Assembly (NCBI GenBank): GCA_044226015.1 | Contig: JBGAHS010000009.1 | Coordinates: 320,001-384,000 of the forward strand | Source of the DNA: Candidatus Obscuribacteraceae bacterium | Lineage (GTDB): Bacteria; Cyanobacteriota; Vampirovibrionia; Obscuribacterales; Obscuribacteraceae | Length of the DNA stretch: 64,000 nt | Direction of reading: 5' to 3' | Shown here: in pieces, positions 1-10,057 of the stretch | Numbering within the stretch: the stretch's first letter is position 1 | How the letters are laid out: each line of letters opens with the position of its first letter | Made by a program: the position numbers and the translations under genes | The notes under the pieces: model-generated | The model's input: only the letters and a program-made list of their open reading frames with translations | The model's database searches: none | What the model was told of the DNA's origin: nothing

Positions 1-2520
1 GGGATCTTCCGACCAGAGAATTGACCGAGCCAATCCCTTTGATGCTGTGGAATTGTTGGGTTCTTCTTTCAATACTATTTCAAATTCATGTGCAGCCTTA
101 TCGGGTTGGTCTGTCCAACAGTAGGCTTGTGCCAACAGTAACCGTGAGTTTATGTCAGCTGTTTTATCTACGTGATCTTTAAGCAGAATTATCGCATCTG
201 CTCTGCTGTTCTCATTCCATAGCTTTATCATCGCAAGGGTTCGGAGCATCTCTGGGCTGTGATTACCCGTCTTGTGAAGCTCTTCGCCAGCATATTTTGC
301 TAAGTCCCTTAGTTCGTTGTGCTCGATAGAAAGTCGCAATAGAGCTAACCCATCTTCTGGTGTCAACTTAGAGATCATCTTATTTAGCAGCTCATATGAT
401 TGTTCCTTTTGTTCCTTTTGTTCGCTTTTGCAGAGAAGGAGTATTTTCTCAAAGACCAATTTCTTGCTTTGCTCCACAAGATCAGTATTCTCATTGAGTA
501 ACTTCAAGGCTTCGGCAGAATTTCCATTCCTCATTAGCGAATCACTCAAATAGTAAAGGAAGTTAGGATTTTTCGGTTCTTTCTGGAAAAGGTCTCTGGC
601 TAGTTTTACCGAGTCTTCGTGCTTACCTTGAAGGTAAAGTGTTTCCAGCAATAGCCCAGCAGTTGCTGTGTCTTCTGGTGCTGATTCCAGAACTTTCAAG
701 AAGACTTGTTTCGCGTCTTCGAATTTGCCAGACCAGCTAAGTGCTTGTCCATATGCTTTCAAAACGTCTAGATTTTTTGTGTCTTCAGCCAAAAGCTCGC
801 TGAACATTTTTAGGGCTTCTTCGCGAGTCTCTGGTTTGTAGGAGAGTTCGCGAGCAAGCAAGAAATTGATTTTTGCTGTTTTATATTCTGCAACTGCCCT
901 TCGCAGAATTTCAATACCAGCATCGTTGTTATTGGCAAATATTTCGGCGTTCGCTTTAGTCAATACAATGGCTAATCTGTTGTCTGCGTCTTTTGTGAAT
1001 TTCTCGTCTGCCTCTATTTCAGCCAGAAGTTTCTTAGCTTCATCAAACTGTTTTTGCTGCAAGAGCAGCCCGCTATACCAGAGCTTGTAACTAGTTGGTA
1101 GGGAAGCTAGTAGCTCGGGCTGAGCATGAATAATCTCACTAGTCTTTGTTGTTGCCTCATCGTAGGAGTCTTCATCCCAGGAGAGCCACTGCAAATATTG
1201 CAGTTCAGCATAAGGGTCTTCCTCTTTGCTGTGGGTTTCCAGGTAGAGCTTAAGCTGCTTTATTGATTCTGCTGTTTGTCCACTGGCATTGGCAAGAATT
1301 GCTGAAAAATATACTAAGTCTCGCGGGCGAGTATCGCCTAATGCCGTGACGCTCACTTTCGGATTGTGCTTATGATCTAAAAGTTCTTGACTCGTTAAAT
1401 AGGCTGCTTTGGCTTCGCCGCTCGATAATTGCAATTGAGCTATCAGCAGCCCTGCTTGAACATTGTTTGGATCTTTCCTGTACAAGTCTTTTGCAATTGC
1501 CAGGGCTTCTGGAAAATCCTTCTCGTCCCAACTTAGAATGCTTGCAAGTCTGGCTTGAATTGTTTTCTCACCCGGATTGTGCTTTAAAAATTCACGGAAG
1601 TACGAGATGCTTTCTTGCCTTTTATCCATCCAGCTTGCTAGTTCACCAGCGATCGCTAAAGCGCTCCAATTTGCTTTTTTATCGCCAATTGTGAATTCTG
1701 CATGCGCCAAAATCGGATAGGCTTTCGCTATAGCCACCACTTGGTCGAAGCCCGTTTGCTTGCTCTCCATGAAGAACTGAAGAAGCGCCGCTTCTAATTT
1801 CAAGTCAGGACTGTTTGGTTTTGCTTTAGTCAGAATTCTCATTTGACTGAAAGCTTGCTTTGTGGACTGGCTGTCTTTGCCTTGTGAGAGAAAGTGAACA
1901 AACTCAAGGCGAACCTTCTCATCAGAGGGTTTTACTCTCAGATATCTCTCAAGGTAGTTTTTGTAAGATTCTCTATCTCCGCTCCAGAGCGATAAGTTTG
2001 CCAGATTTCTAAGTGCATCCAGATTGCTTGGATCGAGTACCAGGGCCTTTTTGAAAACATTTTTTGACTCGGTCCAGGTTTCTCTTTTCCAGCTCAGAAT
2101 CTGAGCTAGTTCCATTGTTTGTTTCAAATTATCTGGATGATATCTTAGATAGCCTCTCAAAACGCTGCATGCCTCTGGCCGTGTTGCATCAGATCCAATT
2201 AGCATTTGAACAAGGCTCAATGCGGCCGGAGAGCCAGGCACCTCTTTAACAACCCTTCTCAGGACATTTACCGAAAGAACGCCTTTCTTTCCTGTGTAGT
2301 CTCCACGGACTCGTTTATATAATTGCTCGAAAACACCATCTAACAACTCCTTCTTTTCAGTCATAGACTTGTTTTGAGCCGAAGCCGGCTTTGCAGGTGC
2401 AGCAGTAGGTTTTAGGGGCATGTTTTGTGCATTGACTGCCAGAAATGTGCTTTGGGCAATAGTCATGTAGGCAAGCGAATTTCGCAAGAACTTCTCTCTT
2501 TGGTACTTGCTTTTACTCAT
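1..2520 (-). CDS. Large TPR-rich periplasmic protein, probable BcsC N-terminal-like scaffold; partial, runs off the window start
   Basis: Not in the ORF track. ATG at 2520 overlaps the bcsA stop (ATGA). Hand translation of the first ~200 codons gives MSKSKYQREKFLRNSLAYMTIAQSTFLAVNA (signal-like), then TPR-like units such as VFKKALVLDPSNLDALRNLA. Absence from the ORF track is consistent with no stop before position 1. Confidence 0.8.
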   Translation of the reverse strand, partial: MSKSKYQREKFLRNSLAYMTIAQSTFLAVNAQNMPLKPTAAPAKPASAQNKSMTEKKELLDGVFEQLYKRVRGDYTGKKGVLSVNVLRRVVKEVPGSPAALSLVQMLIGSDATRPEACSVLRGYLRYHPDNLKQTMELAQILSWKRETWTESKNVFKKALVLDPSNLDALRNLANLSLWSGDRESYKNYLERYLRVKPSDEKVRLEFVHFLSQGKDSQSTKQAFSQMRILTKAKPNSPDLKLEAALLQFFMESKQTGFDQVVAIAKAYPILAHAEFTIGDKKANWSALAIAGELASWMDKRQESISYFREFLKHNPGEKTIQARLASILSWDEKDFPEALAIAKDLYRKDPNNVQAGLLIAQLQLSSGEAKAAYLTSQELLDHKHNPKVSVTALGDTRPRDLVYFSAILANASGQTAESIKQLKLYLETHSKEEDPYAELQYLQWLSWDEDSYDEATTKTSEIIHAQPELLASLPTSYKLWYSGLLLQQKQFDEAKKLLAEIEADEKFTKDADNRLAIVLTKANAEIFANNNDAGIEILRRAVAEYKTAKINFLLARELSYKPETREEALKMFSELLAEDTKNLDVLKAYGQALSWSGKFEDAKQVFLKVLESAPEDTATAGLLLETLYLQGKHEDSVKLARDLFQKEPKNPNFLYYLSDSLMRNGNSAEALKLLNENTDLVEQSKKLVFEKILLLCKSEQKEQKEQSYELLNKMISKLTPEDGLALLRLSIEHNELRDLAKYAGEELHKTGNHSPEMLRTLAMIKLWNENSRADAIILLKDHVDKTADINSRLLLAQAYCWTDQPDKAAHEFEIVLKEEPNNSTASKGLARSILWSEDP

Positions 2521-4865
2521 TGTTCCGTCACCTTATTAGCTTCACTATCATGAATATTGACTTCGTCCTCATCTTCCAGATCATGGAAGAACTCGTATTC
2601 ATCTGTATATTCCAGGCTCTCAATAAGGTTCGTTTTGTCCGAACCGCTGCCATCAGCAAGTACCAGCTTTGGTTCCAATGACTTGGGCATTAGCTTAGCG
2701 ATAAGTGTATTTGGCAAAAGCGCAATATGTAAGCGCTTCTGATTCTCAATGATAGTCTCAAGCATTCTCACTGGACTGCTCAGCAGTCGCATAAACGAAC
2801 GATAGATTGAATCGACCGGTTCCGACAAGACTACCCATTCTCTGTTCGATGAATAGACGATGTCGACGAGTTGTCTATAGAGTTTTGTATCTGTTGGTTC
2901 AAGTTGAAATTGAACGCAGCAATTCACTTTTCCTTTGGAGGGGTCCGTAGAACGCACGAGCTTGCTCTTAATAGATATTAGCTCTTCATCAGCGCCCTCT
3001 ATGTATAGAATCGCCGTTTTACCCTGCTCGATAAAGGGAGTTTCTCGCAATTCGATACGTGCACCAAACTCGTTTATATCAATTGTACTTCCCACAAAGG
3101 AGGCTGTTTCACCACTTTCGTCAAAGGCTTCAATATCTAAGCTTGCAGGTATGTTTCGCTTAAGTCGGTGTGCCTTTCTTGACTGAGGTCGCTCCACTGC
3201 TACACAAATTGCCGAAAGGAGAATGGCTGCTGTGTAGAGATTCCAGAGAGAATTAACAAGAACGCCAACCACATCCTGCGAAATTGCTAACTGAACTAGT
3301 GCGCCAATGTACGAGAGCAGAACTATGATGAACAGGAAAAAGTGCGGCGTTACCAGAAAAATATCAAAGCAAAAATCCTTTAGTACAATTCCCTTTGGTG
3401 TCACTTGAAACATGACGCTCTTTGGTGAAAGGAATGTTCGTGTGACGTTGACGCAAAGCCTCGGTGAGTTGATTACTTCATATACATCTGACCAAAACGA
3501 ATGTCTGTAGTTTTCAAACACATAGTTTTGATTGAGTACATACATTACGAGATAAGGAGCACCAAATACCGCATACTCGAAAAGATCGACCTGCAAGGGA
3601 CAAATTCCTGCAAGCAAGAATATTGATGGAATGCAGAGGTAAACCATTCTTGGAAGAGAGAAAAGGAAATGCAGCATCCCGGAGAGATAGCACAATCTCT
3701 GCGCAAACGTCAGACCAGGGAAGGTTAGAGGATTGTAGTAGCGAAGCAGTTGCATTGCTCCTCTTGCCCAGCGGTTCTGTTGGACAAGGTAGCTATTGAG
3801 GTTCTCTGGACTTAGCCCAAGAACCTTCGGTAGGTGCACATAATGTGTTCGATATCCCTTGCTGTGAAGCAAGATAGTTAATTCACAATCTTCTGCTACC
3901 GATTTTGTAGGAATGCCACCTACCGATTCGATTGCTTTTCTGCTAAAAACTGCTGCTGAACCAGCAAAAAATGCCGCATTCCAGCCATTCTTCGCCACCT
4001 GTACAAGCTGAAAAAATAATTCCTGTTCTCCAGGAAGCGTGCCAACGAGGCGAAGGTTTCTTTCGACCGGTCCCGGATTCATAAATCTGTGAGCAAACTG
4101 CACCATTGCCACGTTGTCTTCAGTCTCAAAGTAATACATGGCCAGGTCCGCAATATCTGACGCGGGGACGTGGTCGGCATCAAGAATCAGGACATATTCG
4201 CCTTCGGTTTGCTGAAGCGCATTATTCAGGTTTCCGGCTTTAGCAAATTTATTGTTTGGTCTGGTTATGTATGAGCATTGAAACTGCTCTGCGATTTCAA
4301 GAATTTCGTCGCGGCGGCCATCGTCGAGAATGTAGATTTTCTTGTTTTCGTATTGAATGCTCTGGGCACCGGCCACTGTGCGTCGTACAATATCAGGCGC
4401 TTCATTGTATGTAGCGATAAAAATATCGAGGCTTGGATTATAACTCGCACTTCGCTTTTCATACTTTTCTGGTCGATGTAACCTGAGAAGTTGGAAGGCA
4501 AAAAGCAAGAAAATGAAAACGGTGTACGACTCCGCCAGAACTAATGCGACACTAGCGACAGTATTGAATAAACCATCAAGGTTGAGCGTGTGAAAATAAC
4601 GCCACCATAGAAATCGAATTCCAGCGAAAGAACCGATCGCCATGATGACCAGTCTGATTCTATTATTCTCTCTGATTTTACTCAGGATGAATCCTGCTAC
4701 GAAAATTGCAATTGAAATCCAAAATTCGGTTGTAGCTGAGTAAGAATATGGATAGCAAATTGAAGAAGCAATGTACGCAAACAATGCGCCACCGAGCCAG
4801 ATACAGGATGCTTTCCAATCCGGTATTCTCTGTTCAGTCTGCGTTGGCGTCGAGCTTGTCATCAA
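2517..4865 (-). CDS. bcsA: Cellulose synthase catalytic subunit (GT2 + PilZ)
   Basis: DDGRR, KAGNLN, DADH, FFAGS, AED (TED-equivalent), QQNRW (QxxRW), gating loop FQVTPK, PilZ RKAHR and DINEFG, multiple TM segments. Confidence 0.9.
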   Translation of the reverse strand: MMTSSTPTQTEQRIPDWKASCIWLGGALFAYIASSICYPYSYSATTEFWISIAIFVAGFILSKIRENNRIRLVIMAIGSFAGIRFLWWRYFHTLNLDGLFNTVASVALVLAESYTVFIFLLFAFQLLRLHRPEKYEKRSASYNPSLDIFIATYNEAPDIVRRTVAGAQSIQYENKKIYILDDGRRDEILEIAEQFQCSYITRPNNKFAKAGNLNNALQQTEGEYVLILDADHVPASDIADLAMYYFETEDNVAMVQFAHRFMNPGPVERNLRLVGTLPGEQELFFQLVQVAKNGWNAAFFAGSAAVFSRKAIESVGGIPTKSVAEDCELTILLHSKGYRTHYVHLPKVLGLSPENLNSYLVQQNRWARGAMQLLRYYNPLTFPGLTFAQRLCYLSGMLHFLFSLPRMVYLCIPSIFLLAGICPLQVDLFEYAVFGAPYLVMYVLNQNYVFENYRHSFWSDVYEVINSPRLCVNVTRTFLSPKSVMFQVTPKGIVLKDFCFDIFLVTPHFFLFIIVLLSYIGALVQLAISQDVVGVLVNSLWNLYTAAILLSAICVAVERPQSRKAHRLKRNIPASLDIEAFDESGETASFVGSTIDINEFGARIELRETPFIEQGKTAILYIEGADEELISIKSKLVRSTDPSKGKVNCCVQFQLEPTDTKLYRQLVDIVYSSNREWVVLSEPVDSIYRSFMRLLSSPVRMLETIIENQKRLHIALLPNTLIAKLMPKSLEPKLVLADGSGSDKTNLIESLEYTDEYEFFHDLEDEDEVNIHDSEANKVTEQ

Positions 4866-6167
4866 TTAGAAGTAGTGAGTGGTTTGGGTATACAAGAGAT
4901 TTCTTCGGTAGGCTGTTTCGATTTGGAGAAATTGCCAGCCTACTTCGATTTTGGTGCGTTTTCCCAGCGGTGCGTAAAGGCGAACTCCACAAGTTCCGAC
5001 CATGTTTTTGTTAGCAAGGCGGGCCGTGATTGACTTCGTTACTGAAACGCCCAGACCTCCACCCGCTACATAATGGACAGGGCCGACCAATCTGCCCGCT
5101 AAGTCGATACGTATTGTGTGTGCATAAAACACATTAGGGCTGAAATATCCACCAACCTCAGAGCGTGGCGGCTGATTTCTTCTTAGGGGAATTATAGTCT
5201 GTCCCTTAGCAGCACTAATCAGTCGATCAATATTTGTGCGGCGATTATTCGAGGGCACGAGGTCCGCATTTCCCTGACTGATCAAATCATACTTGAATTG
5301 GTTTATATTCAAGTTATAGCTGGGTAGCACCAGCGATAGATGAGAATCTGGGTCTCGGCTGTAAAGTACTCTGGAAGCATAAACACCGAATTGTTGTGTC
5401 GGGTTGTCCTTTACTTTGTGTCCTTCAACAAAGCCTCCACCATAGAGAAATGAAAGTGCTGTTTTCGGCAGTGGATTAAAGGAGGTCGTCACAAAAAATG
5501 TGTTTTGTTTGTCTCTTCCAACTAGTGCACCATTTATTGGCAATTTGATACCGACCGCAGACATCAGCGTGTTGCCCAGGATGTCTCTGCGATATCCCAA
5601 ACTGACTTTCCACCAATCTGCAATGCGATATGTTCCTGTCGCATTTCCAATTACCGCGCAACCATCTGTGGTGAACGAATTGCCAACTGTTTGAAACAAT
5701 CCAGCTCTTAGTCTATATCTGAATCTATCAGTGGGCTGTGCATCGTAGCCAACGCGGTATTCTTCTCCGAAGGCTCTGGGTGATTTGAGACCTGCTCGGC
5801 CAAAAACAGTAGGTAAGTAGTAAAAGCGCAGTCGGGATTGCAAAGTAGGACAATATCCTACTTCCACTCCCGGAGTCATAGTGTCAAGCTGTCCACCATC
5901 TGGAATGAGAGATTGATTTACGCCGGTGTTGAACTGCCTTATGTACGGGCGGCGCGCCATCTCAAGTTCTTGTTTCAGATTTTTTCCGCGGCCAACCAGA
6001 AACGGAATACTGCTGGGCTGGGTGAATCTGAAGGGGAAGGGCTCTTCCGGAATGTCACCAACTACAGAAGGATAGAACTGTCCCGGAATTTCTTGAGCAT
6101 GCACAGCTGCGCACGATAAAAGTGCGAAAACACACAAGCTGAGTATTCGAATAATTTGCGGGATCAA
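4866..6167 (-). CDS. Outer-membrane beta-barrel, BcsC C-terminal-like exopolysaccharide export pore
   Basis: Signal peptide (AAVHA-QE), amphipathic beta-strand pattern, GGYFSP motif as in BcsC barrels, terminal Phe (TQTTHYF); abuts bcsA. Confidence 0.7.
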   Translation of the reverse strand: MIPQIIRILSLCVFALLSCAAVHAQEIPGQFYPSVVGDIPEEPFPFRFTQPSSIPFLVGRGKNLKQELEMARRPYIRQFNTGVNQSLIPDGGQLDTMTPGVEVGYCPTLQSRLRFYYLPTVFGRAGLKSPRAFGEEYRVGYDAQPTDRFRYRLRAGLFQTVGNSFTTDGCAVIGNATGTYRIADWWKVSLGYRRDILGNTLMSAVGIKLPINGALVGRDKQNTFFVTTSFNPLPKTALSFLYGGGFVEGHKVKDNPTQQFGVYASRVLYSRDPDSHLSLVLPSYNLNINQFKYDLISQGNADLVPSNNRRTNIDRLISAAKGQTIIPLRRNQPPRSEVGGYFSPNVFYAHTIRIDLAGRLVGPVHYVAGGGLGVSVTKSITARLANKNMVGTCGVRLYAPLGKRTKIEVGWQFLQIETAYRRNLLYTQTTHYF

Positions 6168-6414
6168 TTGGGGGGATGCTGCTAGTAAAGTTCAAATTTG
6201 AAGTGACATCATTGTACACCAGACTGACGCTCTTCTCCCTTGCACTATTGGTGATTTCAGCGATCGGCTTGATATTAAGATTAAAATGTGATGGTGCGCC
6301 AGCACTCGGTTCTGAAATAGTCTGGTTATGAAGCTAGAATTGCGGAATTCCTGATTGCGGAATTCCAGATTGTCGAAATCCGGAGTTGCCATTGAGACCA
6401 AGTTCTGAAGAGGC

Positions 6415-6990
6415 TTATCTCAGGGAATGTGCAAATGCGGATGACGCGATTTTGACATAATCAGGCCGCATTTCAGGCGTCTCTGGAGTAAATGCTTGCA
6501 GCATTTTTCCTTTGTGAATCAGGAAGATTCCAGGAAGTTGCAGTGAATCTCCGTTGCCTGCACCAATCATGTTTCCATTTAGAACTGCTTCGGTAGCGCG
6601 TGTTAGCAGCTTCGGTGCTAGAAACGTATTGATGGTGCTTCTTTTTAGCCCAAATGCCTTATATAGTGAGCGATCGGGATTGCTGATGCGTGATAAATCA
6701 GCAAGTCCGTAGCTTGCAAGTATCTGACTCGCTTCGTTTTCCTGGCTCATGTGGATCAGGACCACACGCGCTCCTGCGGCTTCAATAGCAGGCAATCCGA
6801 ACTTGATATCAGAGAGTGCTTCTCTGGAAAAGCAACAACCAAACTGTCTTAAGAAGACCAGAAGCGCTGGTTTAGAACTTGACAGCTCATCAAGGCTTGT
6901 ATGATATTGATCCTGAACTGACCTGAGAGTGTATTCCAGTGAGTTCAGTCTCACTGATATACGATTCTCTTCTTGAGTTTTCGTGAACAT
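6415..6990 (-). CDS. Peroxiredoxin-like (AhpC/TSA, PRXL2/FAM213-like) redox protein
   Basis: VFLRQFGCCFSRE, DRSLYKAFGL, QLPGIFLI motifs; ATG at 6990 preferred over GTG at 7002. Confidence 0.75.
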   Translation of the reverse strand: MFTKTQEENRISVRLNSLEYTLRSVQDQYHTSLDELSSSKPALLVFLRQFGCCFSREALSDIKFGLPAIEAAGARVVLIHMSQENEASQILASYGLADLSRISNPDRSLYKAFGLKRSTINTFLAPKLLTRATEAVLNGNMIGAGNGDSLQLPGIFLIHKGKMLQAFTPETPEMRPDYVKIASSAFAHSLR

Positions 6991-7114
6991 ATATTCTTCC
7001 ACTCGCCGGCTTCAATTCTAAATCGAGACTAGCTCTGCTGTTCAAATGATTGGCTGAACTTAATGGTTTGAGTCTGATTCCATTAATGCTTGCTCTCAGG
7101 ACGTTTCGGGAAAG

Positions 7115-7148
7115 AAACGACCCGGCACCTTGGCTTGCCGGGTCGTTT
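7115..7148. terminator. Intrinsic terminator downstream of pdxT
   Basis: AAACGACCCGGCA-loop-TGCCGGGTCGTTT inverted repeat. Confidence 0.7.
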
Positions 7149-7167
7149 TCAATGGGATTTTCCGAAT

Positions 7168-7794
7168 TTAGACTAGAACTCTAGCCTGATTCATTACTGC
7201 ACTTTTGCTATGGATATATTCATTGACCATATTCAAAAAGTAGGCATGAACTCTGGTGTCATCAGTGAGTTCTGGATGGAAAGCGGTGGCAAGCAAGTTC
7301 TTTTGCCGGCACATGACTATTCCTTCCTCGACGCTCGCGAAGACTTCCACTCCAGCACCTGCAGACATAATGATTGGTCCGCGAATGAACACCAGGGGCA
7401 GTGGCAATTCACCCAATGCTGGGATGCTTTTGCTTTCTTCTCTGCTGAATTTTTGCGGTCCAAATGCGTTTCTGCGAACAGTTATGTCCATTAGTCCAAG
7501 GCGTCCCTGGCTCGACCCTTCGATTCTTGCTGCAAGGAAGATCAATCCCATGCATGTTCCATATACAGGCATGCCTTCTTTTGCGCGTCTGATAATGGTA
7601 TCGAATATGGGGTCACTCGTGTTTCCGGTCAATTTGGCAATCGTCGTTGACTCGCCACCAGGAATTACAAGCCCGTCCACATCTTCAAGGTCTTTGGCCC
7701 ATCTTGCTAGAACGACTTCCGCACCACATCTTCTCAGAGATTCGGCGTGTTCAGCAAAGGAACCTTGCAGCGCTAATACGGCAATTTTTGCCAT
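7168..7794 (-). CDS. pdxT: PLP synthase glutaminase subunit
   Basis: LALQG, PGGESTT, GTCMG, RNAFG, FIRGP, FHPELT. Confidence 0.97.
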   Translation of the reverse strand: MAKIAVLALQGSFAEHAESLRRCGAEVVLARWAKDLEDVDGLVIPGGESTTIAKLTGNTSDPIFDTIIRRAKEGMPVYGTCMGLIFLAARIEGSSQGRLGLMDITVRRNAFGPQKFSREESKSIPALGELPLPLVFIRGPIIMSAGAGVEVFASVEEGIVMCRQKNLLATAFHPELTDDTRVHAYFLNMVNEYIHSKSAVMNQARVLV

Positions 7795-7797
7795 AAA

Positions 7798-8712
7798 TTA
7801 CCAACCTCTTTTTGCCAGAGTTTCCTTTTCATCCAGGCTGCTGCAGTTTATGCCCACCATTGGTTCACCGAGCTTGCGGCTAACTTCAGCCAGAACTGCT
7901 GGGTCGTTGTAATGGGTGGTTGCTTTAACGATAGCTTCTGCACGTTTTTGTGGATTACCGGACTTGAAGATTCCTGAGCCTACGAAAACGCCGTCTACTC
8001 CAAGTTGCATCATCAATGCCGCGTCGGCCGGAGTTGCGATGCCACCAGCTGCAAAATTGACCACAGGCAACTTGCCTGTGTCTGCTACTTCGAGGATGAG
8101 TTCAAATGGTGCGCCGATGTTCTTAGCGTAGGTCATTAGCTCTTCGCGAGGCATGATTGTCAACTTTTTGATTTCACCGAGCACAGCGCGCGCATGTCTT
8201 ACAGCTTCTACGACATCACCTGTGCCTGCTTCGCCTTTGGTGCGCATCATCGCTGCACCTTCACCAATTCTTCTTAGAGCCTCTCCGAGGTTGCGACAGC
8301 CGCAAACAAACGGGATTTTGAACTTTGATTTGTCGATATGAAATTCTTCGTCTGCTGGTGTCAGAACTTCACTTTCATCGATGCAATCAACGCCGAGAGA
8401 TTCGAGAATCTGCGCTTCAACAAAATGTCCGATGCGCACCTTGGCCATGACTGGAATGCTCACTGCTTCTTTGATCTGAATGATCAGTTCGGGGTCGCTC
8501 ATGCGAGCTACACCGCCGTTGGCTCTGATATCAGCGGGGACGCGTTCGAGTGCCATGACTGCCACAGCTCCTGCCGCTTCAGCGATCTTCGCCTGTTCAG
8601 CATTGACCACGTCCATGATCACACCGCTTTTAAGCATCTGCGGAAGAGCTTTTTTTACTAGCAATGTACCTGTTCTGGCGTTCGAGTTCTTGTCCTTAGT
8701 TTCCGTAACCAT
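7798..8712 (-). CDS. pdxS: PLP synthase lyase subunit
   Basis: [45 protein letters not shown]. Confidence 0.98.
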   Translation of the reverse strand: MVTETKDKNSNARTGTLLVKKALPQMLKSGVIMDVVNAEQAKIAEAAGAVAVMALERVPADIRANGGVARMSDPELIIQIKEAVSIPVMAKVRIGHFVEAQILESLGVDCIDESEVLTPADEEFHIDKSKFKIPFVCGCRNLGEALRRIGEGAAMMRTKGEAGTGDVVEAVRHARAVLGEIKKLTIMPREELMTYAKNIGAPFELILEVADTGKLPVVNFAAGGIATPADAALMMQLGVDGVFVGSGIFKSGNPQKRAEAIVKATTHYNDPAVLAEVSRKLGEPMVGINCSSLDEKETLAKRGW

Positions 8713-9147
8713 TTCATCACCCGCTGTTTAACTGGATCTTATGAGTACCTCGCTGCAGCGAAGTTCTCCAATACTTCCTACTTTATAACCTATGAGTTCC
8801 TGCTAAAGCCATTTACACCAGTTTTTATTCACATCTTTTTGATAAGTATTTTCTGATAGAGAGCATGAGTATTGAATTCCAGAGAATGCAAGATTGCCTG
8901 TTTTTCTCTCAACAATTTGCAAACTCTTTAGCTGTAAGGATTTGTGCTTCGTCTTGCCAATATCAAAAGCCGAATTGCCTTTTGGGGTGCCGTTTCTGTG
9001 AGCCATATTGGTCGCTTTGAGAACCCCCGGTTTCCCGCATTGCCCCAAAATCAGAAATCACTAATATTAGGAACACGGGAAGATTTAGGCTGCATTAAGT
9101 CACTGATAGCCGGCGAAAGCCGCTAGAGACCTTACTAGGAGCCGTTC

Positions 9148-9843
9148 ATGCCTGATAAACCAGATCGCCCACAGTTTGTTAACGGGACATACGACCAGAA
9201 AGACACCGATTGGCAAAATGCGTTCGGAAATCTCGATGGCAGACCCGCAAATTTATTGCGACAAGATGCACTTTCTGAGATGGACAAACCCAAGTCATCT
9301 CCTGCCTACAACTCAATGAAGGTCGATTTCAAATTTATTGACCTGGATAGCAATGGATTTTTGGATTCAGCCGAAATCTCGCTTGCTGCGAAAAATGACC
9401 CGAACCTGGCGAAGCTTGATGCTGATAAAAAAGCTCAATACGAGATAAAGCGAATGGTCAATGACGGAAAGAACGACGCGTTAGGCATTTCCTTGAAAGA
9501 TGTCGATGAATTCGGCCGCCGAGTCAGTCTGCGTGACCATGCTCAGAACGATCCCGGTGATTTGACTAAGGCTGCCGAATTCTTGAACAAATATTTCGAC
9601 AGAATTAATCGCAAAAAAGACGGATTCTTGTCAAAGGAAGATCTCAATCAGCTGATAGTAGACCCAAATCTAAAGCCCAGTTTTAGAGAGAAGTTTATGC
9701 TCATGGAGCGTTATTTTGATAACGTTTCCGAACTTCATAAAGATAAGGTTTTGAAGAGTAAGGAGCATCAAGGTTTGTCTCAGAACGATTTGAATCAGTT
9801 GATAGCAGTAAAGGGGCAGATAAATCCTCGGGATCGTCGCTAG
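9148..9843 (+). CDS. EF-hand protein
   Basis: AGGAG RBS; canonical EF loop DLDSNGFLDSAE and a second loop NRKKDGFLSKED. Confidence 0.75.
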   Translation: MPDKPDRPQFVNGTYDQKDTDWQNAFGNLDGRPANLLRQDALSEMDKPKSSPAYNSMKVDFKFIDLDSNGFLDSAEISLAAKNDPNLAKLDADKKAQYEIKRMVNDGKNDALGISLKDVDEFGRRVSLRDHAQNDPGDLTKAAEFLNKYFDRINRKKDGFLSKEDLNQLIVDPNLKPSFREKFMLMERYFDNVSELHKDKVLKSKEHQGLSQNDLNQLIAVKGQINPRDRR

Positions 9844-10057
9844 TTAAGCCTTTTCAAAAAAAATCACTGCCCGATAATCTATCATTTTGCAAGGTCCGAT
9901 AAGGCTGAGCTTGACTCGAAAGACCTCTCTAGCAACGCTTTTGCTTACCCACTCAGCGCGTCTCCCTGTTTTTGGGTTGCTGATAATCCAAAACCTGTGT
10001 CAGAGCTTGATATAGAAAGCTTTAAGGATGGCATAAGGTTGATGGGGGTAAACCAAA

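Noticed and set aside
317..2249. Short plus-strand ORFs at the window start
   Set aside because: Antisense to the long minus-strand TPR frame.
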